Below are positions 57,377 through 64,000 of a stretch of DNA of 64,000 nucleotides, piece after piece. The DNA is from Bacteroidaceae bacterium (GTDB taxonomy: Bacteria; Bacteroidota; Bacteroidia; Bacteroidales; Bacteroidaceae): assembly GCA_900770705.1 (NCBI GenBank), contig CAAGLF010000027.1:6784-70783 (forward strand), in the 5' to 3' direction. The stretch's first letter is position 1, and each line of letters opens with the position of its first letter. A program made the position numbers and the translations under genes. The notes below the pieces were generated by a model. That model saw only the letters and a program-made list of their open reading frames with translations. It was not told where the DNA came from and searched no databases.

Positions 57377-58375
57377 ATGAAAAAAACAGCACTGATTTCG
57401 CTTCTTTTCCTGGCCATCGGCCGCCCGATGACGGCGCTGCCCTATGCGCCGGAGTACCTCCAGGAGACAGCCGCCGGCAAGGAAGAACTGATAGCCTTCG
57501 GCGATTTCAACAAGTGGCTGGTGCGCAACATCAAGGAGAGCGCCATCCTCGGAGGCAATACGAAAACGCTCTGCACCCCCGCACCCGCCCAGACTTGGAA
57601 CGACGACCGCCCCTACAACGGCCTTGGAGGCTCGCCCTGGGCCACGTCGAACGTGCTGGCCAAGGTGTCCGGCATTACCAAGACCAACGTCTCCGTCTAC
57701 CGCGAAGCCCGGCCCGGCCACGGCTACTGCGCCAAGCTCTACACCCACACCGAAGAGTGCAAGGTGCTCGGCATCGTGAACATCAAGGTGCTCGCCGCCG
57801 GCTCCATCTACCTCGGAAAGACGCAGGAACCCATCACCGGCACGAAGAACCCGATGGCCAAGCTCGACGCCGGCATACGTTTTACGAAGCGTCCCAAGGC
57901 TATCCGCTTCGACTACAAGGTGAAGCTCTCCGGCAAGCCCTCCCGTATACGCCAGACCGGCTTCAGCAAGGTAGAGACCGTACATGGCATCGACATGCCC
58001 GACTGTATCCTCTACTTGCAGAAACGCTGGGAAGACGCCAAGGGCAACATCCACGCCAAGCGCGTAGGCACGATGGTCAAGCGCTTCGTCAAGAATACCG
58101 ACGGCTGGGTGAACAACGCCACCTTCCCCATCCACTACGGCAACATCGTGGGCAAGGACTGCTACGCAGGCTATATGGCCCTCACCAAGGGCGACCAGAC
58201 GAAATATGCCCGCAACAGCAAGGGCAAGATGGTCCCCGTGATCGAGGAAGGCTGGGCTGCGGAGGACGAAGTACCCACCCATCTCGTCCTGCAGTTCGAC
58301 TCGAGCCACGGCGGCGCCTATGTGGGCTCCGTGGGCAACACCCTGTGGGTCGACAACGTACGCCTCGTCTACTGA
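57377..58375 (+). CDS. PCMD (putative carbohydrate metabolism domain)-type exported protein
   Basis: Signal peptide; SPWATSN, LAAGSIYLG, F..RP.A..FDYK, PTHLVLQF.SS.GGAY.G..G.TLWVDN. Confidence 0.75.
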   Translation: MKKTALISLLFLAIGRPMTALPYAPEYLQETAAGKEELIAFGDFNKWLVRNIKESAILGGNTKTLCTPAPAQTWNDDRPYNGLGGSPWATSNVLAKVSGITKTNVSVYREARPGHGYCAKLYTHTEECKVLGIVNIKVLAAGSIYLGKTQEPITGTKNPMAKLDAGIRFTKRPKAIRFDYKVKLSGKPSRIRQTGFSKVETVHGIDMPDCILYLQKRWEDAKGNIHAKRVGTMVKRFVKNTDGWVNNATFPIHYGNIVGKDCYAGYMALTKGDQTKYARNSKGKMVPVIEEGWAAEDEVPTHLVLQFDSSHGGAYVGSVGNTLWVDNVRLVY

Positions 58376-58427
58376 GGCGCAGACGTGCGGCCCCCTAACG
58401 CATTACAACCCAAACAATCCAACCGAT

Positions 58428-59276
58428 ATGCTTACTCCTGAAGAACTCAACGAAAAGTTGATCGACCTGGCCTTTGCCGAAGACATCGGCGACGGCGACC
58501 ATACCACCCTCTGCTGCATTCCCCGCGAGGCGATGGGCAAGTCTAAGCTCCTGATCAAGGAAGAGGGAATACTGGCCGGTATACGCGTGGCCAAGGAAGT
58601 GTTCCGTCGTTTCGACCCCGACATGCAAGTCGAGGTGCTCATCGAAGACGGCGCCCACGTACGCCCCGGCGACGTGGCGATGGTCGTCAGCGGCCGCGTG
58701 CAAAGCCTGCTCCAGACCGAGCGCCTGATGCTCAACATCGCGCAGCGTATGAGCGGCATTGCCACAATGACGCATACCTACGTGGAACGCCTGGCCGGTA
58801 CCAAGACCCGCGTGCTCGACACGCGGAAAACCACGCCTGGAATGCGCATTCTCGAGAAGGAAGCCGTGAAAATCGGCGGTGGCTGCAACCACCGCATAGG
58901 CCTCTTCGACATGATTCTGCTCAAGGACAACCATGTGGACTTCTGCGGCGGCATCAGCAATGCCCTGACGCGTTGCCAGGAGTACCAGAAGGCCCGGGGG
59001 CTGAACCTGAAGGTCGAGATAGAATGCCGTAGCTTCGAGGAAATCCGACAGGTGATGGAGCACGGCGGCGCCGACCGCATTATGCTCGACAACTTCTCCG
59101 TGGAAGACACGCGCAAGGCTGTGGAAATGATAGGCGGACGCTTCGAGACGGAGTCGAGCGGCGGCATTACGCTCGACACGCTCCGCGACTATGCGCTCTG
59201 CGGCGTAGACTACATCTCCGTAGGGGCCCTGACGCACTCCGTCAAAGGGCTGGACATGTCCTTCAAAGCCTGCTGA
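58428..59276 (+). CDS. nadC: Nicotinate-nucleotide diphosphorylase (carboxylating)
   Basis: EDIGDGDHT, ER..LN, LDTRKTTPG, HR.GLFD..LLKDNH, MLDN, ISVGALTHS. Confidence 0.97.
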   Translation: MLTPEELNEKLIDLAFAEDIGDGDHTTLCCIPREAMGKSKLLIKEEGILAGIRVAKEVFRRFDPDMQVEVLIEDGAHVRPGDVAMVVSGRVQSLLQTERLMLNIAQRMSGIATMTHTYVERLAGTKTRVLDTRKTTPGMRILEKEAVKIGGGCNHRIGLFDMILLKDNHVDFCGGISNALTRCQEYQKARGLNLKVEIECRSFEEIRQVMEHGGADRIMLDNFSVEDTRKAVEMIGGRFETESSGGITLDTLRDYALCGVDYISVGALTHSVKGLDMSFKAC

Positions 59277-59322
59277 CGGTGGCCTCCTGCTGAACTTCTC
59301 ACCCCTAAATACCCCGACTCCC

Positions 59323-60978
59323 ATGCATTTCTCCAAAAAGGGGCTGCTCACGGCCGCCGCACTGCTGCTGACAGCCCCGTTGATAGCCTGTACCAATTTC
59401 CTCGTCGGCAAGAAAGCCTCGGCCGACGGAGCTTGCTACATCTCCTATAGCGCCGACTCCTACGGCATGTTCGGTTCCCTCGAATATCTGCCTGCCGCCC
59501 GGCACGCGCCGGGCTCCCTGAGGCGCATTGTAGACCGCGACACCCACCATTTTCAGGGCTACATCGCCGAAGCGGCCGAGACGTACGCCGTGATGGGACA
59601 CATCAACGAACACCAGGTGGCCGTGATGGAAACTACTTTCGGCGGACGCGAAGAACTGGTGGACCCCCACGGCATCATTGATTATCCCAGCCTGATGACG
59701 CTCGCCCTGCAGCGTGCCCGCACGGCGCGCGAAGCCATCGGCGTGATGACCAGCCTCGTGCAGGAATACGGATACGCCAGCGAGGGCGAGAGCTTCAGTG
59801 TGGCGGACCCCAACGAGGCCTGGATACTCGAGATGATCGGCAAGGGGCCCGACGAGAAGGGCGCCGTGTGGGTGGCCGTACGCATCCCCGACGACTGCAT
59901 AGCCGCCCATGCCAACCATAGCCGCATCCACCGCTTCAACCTCAAGGACAGGCAGAACGTGCTCTACGCCAAGGACGTCATCAGCTTCGCCCGGAAAAAG
60001 GGATACTTCTCCGGGAAGGACGAGGACTTCTCCTTTTCCGCCGCCTATGCCCCCGAGGACTTCTCCGCCCTGCGTTTCTGCGAGGCCCGCGTCTGGAGTT
60101 TCTACAACCGCTTCTGCAGCGGGATGGACAAGTACCTGGCGTATGCCCGTGGCCTTGAGCCGGGCCGCCACGAGCCCCTGCCGCTCTACCTGAAGCCCGA
60201 CCGCAGGCTCTCGCTCCGCGATGTGCGCGAGGCTATGCGCGACCACTACGAAGGCACGCCCTTCGACGTGACGCGCGACGCCGGTGCCGGCGTCTGGACG
60301 GCTCCCTACCGCCCCACGCCGCTGATGTGGGAACACGAGGGACGCAAGTATTTCAACGAGCGGCCCATCTCCACGCAGCAGTCGGCCTACTGCGTCATCG
60401 CACAACTGCGATCCCAGCTGCCCGACGCCGTGGGAGGCGTGCTCTGGTTTGCCAACGACGACGCACACACCACGCCATTCTCGCCTGTCTACTGCTGCGC
60501 CACCACCGTGCCCGAACCTTTCAGCGAGGACGTGGCCGACGACCACACCTTTTCCGACCGTTCGGCTTTCTGGGTGTGCAACTGGGTGGCCAATATGACC
60601 TATCCGCGCTACTCCCAGCTCTTCCCGAGCCTCAAGGAGGCCCGCGACGAAGTGGACAGCCTCTTCGCCACGCGCCAGCCCGTCGTGGAGCAGGAGGCCG
60701 AAGCCCTCATACGCGGCGGACACGCCACGGAGGCGCGCCGCCTGCTTGATACCTACACCACACGCTGCGCGCGTGAAATGCTCGAACGCTGGAAGCAGCT
60801 GGCCTACTACCTCATCGTGAAGTACAACGACCAGGCCGTGAAGGTGGAAGAGGACGGACGCTACAAGCTGACGCCCGACAGCCTCATCGTGGCCCCCCAG
60901 CGCCCCGGCTTCGACCCTGCGTTCCGCTCTGTCATCGTGCGTGAAACAGGCGACAGGTTCCTGGTGCCGGCCCAGTAG
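59323..60978 (+). CDS. C69-family dipeptidase
   Basis: Signal peptide then N-terminal nucleophile CTNFLVGK.AS.DG, NEHQV...ETTFGG, ERPIS. Confidence 0.9.
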   Translation: MHFSKKGLLTAAALLLTAPLIACTNFLVGKKASADGACYISYSADSYGMFGSLEYLPAARHAPGSLRRIVDRDTHHFQGYIAEAAETYAVMGHINEHQVAVMETTFGGREELVDPHGIIDYPSLMTLALQRARTAREAIGVMTSLVQEYGYASEGESFSVADPNEAWILEMIGKGPDEKGAVWVAVRIPDDCIAAHANHSRIHRFNLKDRQNVLYAKDVISFARKKGYFSGKDEDFSFSAAYAPEDFSALRFCEARVWSFYNRFCSGMDKYLAYARGLEPGRHEPLPLYLKPDRRLSLRDVREAMRDHYEGTPFDVTRDAGAGVWTAPYRPTPLMWEHEGRKYFNERPISTQQSAYCVIAQLRSQLPDAVGGVLWFANDDAHTTPFSPVYCCATTVPEPFSEDVADDHTFSDRSAFWVCNWVANMTYPRYSQLFPSLKEARDEVDSLFATRQPVVEQEAEALIRGGHATEARRLLDTYTTRCAREMLERWKQLAYYLIVKYNDQAVKVEEDGRYKLTPDSLIVAPQRPGFDPAFRSVIVRETGDRFLVPAQ

Positions 60979-61001
60979 GCCCCTCCCTTCCCCTCGTCTG
61001 C

Positions 61002-61065
61002 CACGTAGGACGGACTCTCCGCCAAGGCCGCACCAGCGGTTGTGACGGGAAGTCCGTCCTACGTG
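61002..61065. terminator. Hairpin after C69 peptidase gene
   Basis: Perfect 15-bp IR CACGTAGGACGGACT/AGTCCGTCCTACGTG; no U-tract. Confidence 0.45.
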
Positions 61066-61083
61066 CGTACAACGGAGCTACTT

Positions 61084-61167
61084 CCGCCGTTGTCGGAAAA
61101 AATAGCGGCGCGGAAATCCGGATTTCCAGGGCGGAAGAAAAAAGTGACGCCCCGCCTCTTCCGCGGC
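61084..61167. repeat. 21-bp-periodic array, copy 14
   Basis: 61084 CCGCCGTTGTCGGAAAAAATA, 61105 GCGGCGCGGAAATCCGGATTT, 61126 CCAGGGCGGAAGAAAAAAGTG, 61147 ACGCCCCGCCTCTTCC. Confidence 0.7.
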
Positions 61168-61239
61168 GTGAAGCGAAATGCCCGCTTTCTCCACCGGCCG
61201 GGGCAATAAATGGGCCTCACCGCCGTTTACTTACTTAAG

Positions 61240-63642
61240 ATGAATACGCTACACACACACCTCCGCCACCTGCTGGCCCTGCTGCTTGTGCTGACGCTCG
61301 GCACAGGCGCCCTTTCCGCCCAGCGGCGCACCCGCATCTTCGGCACCGTGAAGGACGAGACGGGCAGCCCGATTGAGCTGGCCAACGTCAGGGCGCAGAA
61401 GGGCGGCCTGGGCACCGTCTGCAACCTGCAGGGCGAATACTCGCTGACGGTCACGCGCGAAGACACCGTGCAGCTGGTGTACTCGATGATAGGCTACGAG
61501 ACGCGCAAGCGCACCCTGCAGCCCGTCTCCGACTCAATCCGGGTGGACGTGGTGCTGCCCTCGCTCGGGGCCACCCTGGGCGAAGCCGTCGTCAAGGGGC
61601 AGCAGCGACAGACGGGAACGACACAGAAGCTGAAGCCCGTGGACAGCCGCTTCGCCCCCAGCGCCACGGGCAACGCCGTGGAAGAGCTGGTGGCCACGCA
61701 GGCCGGCGTCAGTACGCACAGCGAGCTCAGCAGCCAGTACAACGTGCGCGGCGGCTCGTTCGACGAGAACGTGGTCTACCTCAACGGCCTCGAAGTCTAC
61801 CGCCCTATGCTCGTGCGCTCGGGACAGCAGGAGGGACTCTCGGTCATCAACAGCGATATGGTGGAGAGCATCGGCTTCAGCAGTGGCGGCTTCGAAGCCC
61901 GCTATGGCGACAAGATGTCCTCCGTGCTCGACATCACCTACCGGAAGCCGACGTCGCTCGAAGCCAAGGCCAACGCCAGCCTGCTGGGAGGCGGCGTCTA
62001 CGTGGGGTGGGGCAGCAAGCGCGTCAGTATGATGACCTCCGTGCGCTACAAGACCACGGGCTACCTGCTCAATTCGCTCGACACCGAAGGGGAGTACGCG
62101 CCCAAGTTCCTCGACTACCAGGCATACCTCAGTTGGTCGCCCAGCCGCCGCTGGACCTTCGACTTCCTCGGCAACATCTCCGACAATACCTACGACTTCG
62201 AGCCCGAGGACCGCGAGACACGCTTCGGCACTATGCAGGAAGCCAAGACTTTCAAGGTATATTTCGACGGCAGGGAGCACGACTATTTCCGTACCTACTT
62301 CGGCGCGGCCACCGTGACGCGGCATTTCACGCCGGAGACCTATCTGGCGCTCTCCTTTTCCGCCTTCAAGACCAAGGAGCAGGAAACTTACGACATCCAG
62401 GGCGAGTATTGGCTCAACGAAGCCACCGGCCAGGAGCAGCTCGGCGTGGGAACGTATATGGAGCACGCCCGCAACCGGATGAACGCAACCGTGGAAAACG
62501 TGGGGCTGCGCTTCCGCACGAAGTGGACCGGCCATACACTGCAGGCCGGCCTCAACTGGCAGCACCAGAAGCTCCGCGAGCACTCCCGCGAATGGGAAAT
62601 GCGCGACTCGATGGGCTACTCGCTACCCTACGACCCTGAGCGCCTGATGTTGATATACAGCCTGAAGTCGGAGAACGAAATCTCCACCTCCAGATGGGAA
62701 GCCTATGCGCAGGATGCCTGGCGCTTCCGCTCCGGAATCGGACTCTTCAACCTCACCTACGGACTCCGCCTCTCCCACTGGAGCTGGAACAAGGAGACCA
62801 TCCTCTCGCCGCGCCTCTCGCTGGGACTCCTGCCGAAAAACGACCACTGGACGCTGCGCTTTGCCACCGGATTCTACTACCAGGCGCCCTTCTACAAGGA
62901 ACTCCGCGACACTACGCTCACCAGCGGCATATCGACCGTGCGCCTCAACCGCGACATACGCTCGCAGCGCTCCATACATTTCGTGCTCGGAGGCGACTAC
63001 ACGTTCCGCTTGGCCGACCGCCCCTTCCGCTTCACCACGGAAGTCTACTACAAGGCACTCAGCAACCTGATTCCCTACAGCGTGGACAACGTGCGCGTGG
63101 TGTACTACGGAAAAAACATGACGTCGGGCTACGCCGCAGGTATCGACTTCAAACTGTTCGGAGAGTTCGTGCCGGGCACGGACTCCTGGCTGACATTCTC
63201 GCTGATGAGCACCAAGGAGAAATGGAACGGCCGATGGATACCCCGACCCACCGACCAGCGATACAACCTGTCGCTCTACTTCACCGACTACTTCCCCGGA
63301 ACCGACCGCTGGAAGCTCACGCTCAAGGCGGCCGTGGCCGACGGACTGCCCTTCGGCCCGCCACGCAGCGACAGGGAGGCTCAGACTTTCCGCGCACCGG
63401 CCTACAAGCGCGTGGACGTCGGCATGAGCTACCGCCTGGTGGGCACGGATGAATGGGACAAGCGCTACGGACGGAAGAAGGCGGTCAGGAACGCCTGGCT
63501 CGGCCTCGATGCTTTCAACCTGCTCGGTATCAAGAACGTCAACTCCTACTACTGGGTGACCGATATCAACGATACGCAATACGCCGTGCCCAACTATCTG
63601 ACCGGCCGGCAGATCAACGTGCGCCTGAGCCTGGAGTTCTGA
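61240..63642 (+). CDS. TonB-dependent receptor with N-terminal carboxypeptidase-regulatory-like domain
   Basis: Signal peptide, G.V.DE.G.PI..ANV, plug YNVRGGSFDEN, GGFEARYGDKMSSVLDI, C-terminal Phe. Confidence 0.9.
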   Translation: MNTLHTHLRHLLALLLVLTLGTGALSAQRRTRIFGTVKDETGSPIELANVRAQKGGLGTVCNLQGEYSLTVTREDTVQLVYSMIGYETRKRTLQPVSDSIRVDVVLPSLGATLGEAVVKGQQRQTGTTQKLKPVDSRFAPSATGNAVEELVATQAGVSTHSELSSQYNVRGGSFDENVVYLNGLEVYRPMLVRSGQQEGLSVINSDMVESIGFSSGGFEARYGDKMSSVLDITYRKPTSLEAKANASLLGGGVYVGWGSKRVSMMTSVRYKTTGYLLNSLDTEGEYAPKFLDYQAYLSWSPSRRWTFDFLGNISDNTYDFEPEDRETRFGTMQEAKTFKVYFDGREHDYFRTYFGAATVTRHFTPETYLALSFSAFKTKEQETYDIQGEYWLNEATGQEQLGVGTYMEHARNRMNATVENVGLRFRTKWTGHTLQAGLNWQHQKLREHSREWEMRDSMGYSLPYDPERLMLIYSLKSENEISTSRWEAYAQDAWRFRSGIGLFNLTYGLRLSHWSWNKETILSPRLSLGLLPKNDHWTLRFATGFYYQAPFYKELRDTTLTSGISTVRLNRDIRSQRSIHFVLGGDYTFRLADRPFRFTTEVYYKALSNLIPYSVDNVRVVYYGKNMTSGYAAGIDFKLFGEFVPGTDSWLTFSLMSTKEKWNGRWIPRPTDQRYNLSLYFTDYFPGTDRWKLTLKAAVADGLPFGPPRSDREAQTFRAPAYKRVDVGMSYRLVGTDEWDKRYGRKKAVRNAWLGLDAFNLLGIKNVNSYYWVTDINDTQYAVPNYLTGRQINVRLSLEF

Positions 63643-63816
63643 AGCCGGCGGCGTAGTGCGGATTCCGGGCGGCAGGCCGCTGCCACATTGCGGCGGGCAT
63701 ACAGGGAGAGCCGGCTGCCCGATGGGGAAATACAATGGGGGCTGCAAATGGCATTTTCGTGCCGCTTGCAGCCCCCGGCGTATATCCTGTTTGAGCCTGC
63801 GTCGCCAGAAAAGCGT

Positions 63817-63855
63817 GGCGGCAGGGTGCTCCGGATGTCGGGAGCCCCTGCCGCC
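63817..63855 (-). terminator. Hairpin downstream of partial minus-strand gene
   Basis: GGCGGCAGGG...CCCTGCCGCC inverted repeat. Confidence 0.55.
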
Positions 63856-63873
63856 CTGTGGACGAAGGCCTTG

Positions 63874-64000
63874 TCACTTCGTAAGGAGGAGCTTGCGTGT
63901 GGTGCCGTCGCTCATACGGCGGATCACCAGCCCCTTGTCCGGCCTGACGCGGCGGCCGCTCAGGTCGTAGTCGGCCACGGGGACGGGTGCTGCAGCCGAA
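63874..64000 (-). CDS. C-terminal end of a probable T9SS cargo protein (not in ORF track; truncated by window)
   Basis: Manual translation SAAAPVPVADYDLSGRRVRPDKGLVIRRMSDGTTRKLLLTK*, typical short Prevotella-type CTD. Confidence 0.75.
   Translation of the reverse strand, partial: SAAAPVPVADYDLSGRRVRPDKGLVIRRMSDGTTRKLLLTK

Noticed and set aside
7843..61167. CRISPR interpretation of the periodic arrays
   Set aside because: Period is only 21 bp, units are degenerate with no identical repeats or unique spacers, and no cas genes are present

Overview
GC-rich Bacteroidales (Prevotellaceae-like) chromosomal window. The taxon is inferred from the gene set, many TAnnTTTG -7 promoter boxes and T9SS C-terminal domains. 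It is mostly housekeeping: apbE, a Crp/Fnr regulator, gltBD, a TolC/HlyD/ABC-permease exporter, frr, rsgA, rfbD, a heavy-metal P1B ATPase, murB, pheS, rsmE, queDE, der, era, fabH, rpmF, nadC, a C69 peptidase and a TonB-dependent receptor. There is also a four-gene cluster of T9SS-secreted proteins (22.7-33.6 kb). No rRNA, tRNA, CRISPR array or transposase was seen. The most unusual signal is a dispersed family of at least 14 short arrays of a degenerate 21-bp unit (2-5 units, about 50-110 bp). Each unit is a pseudo-palindromic GC core (C[TG]C[CG]G[AC]G) followed by A- and T-tracts. The arrays recur every ~2-6 kb (one ~10 kb gap) in intergenic DNA and putative 5' leaders, and also in-frame inside three protein genes in two different reading frames. 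I cannot assign them to a named family; novelty is unverified. Also notable: a highly paired gltBD leader, a Crp/NtcA-geometry palindrome upstream of it, and candidate PadR and Fur-family operators.
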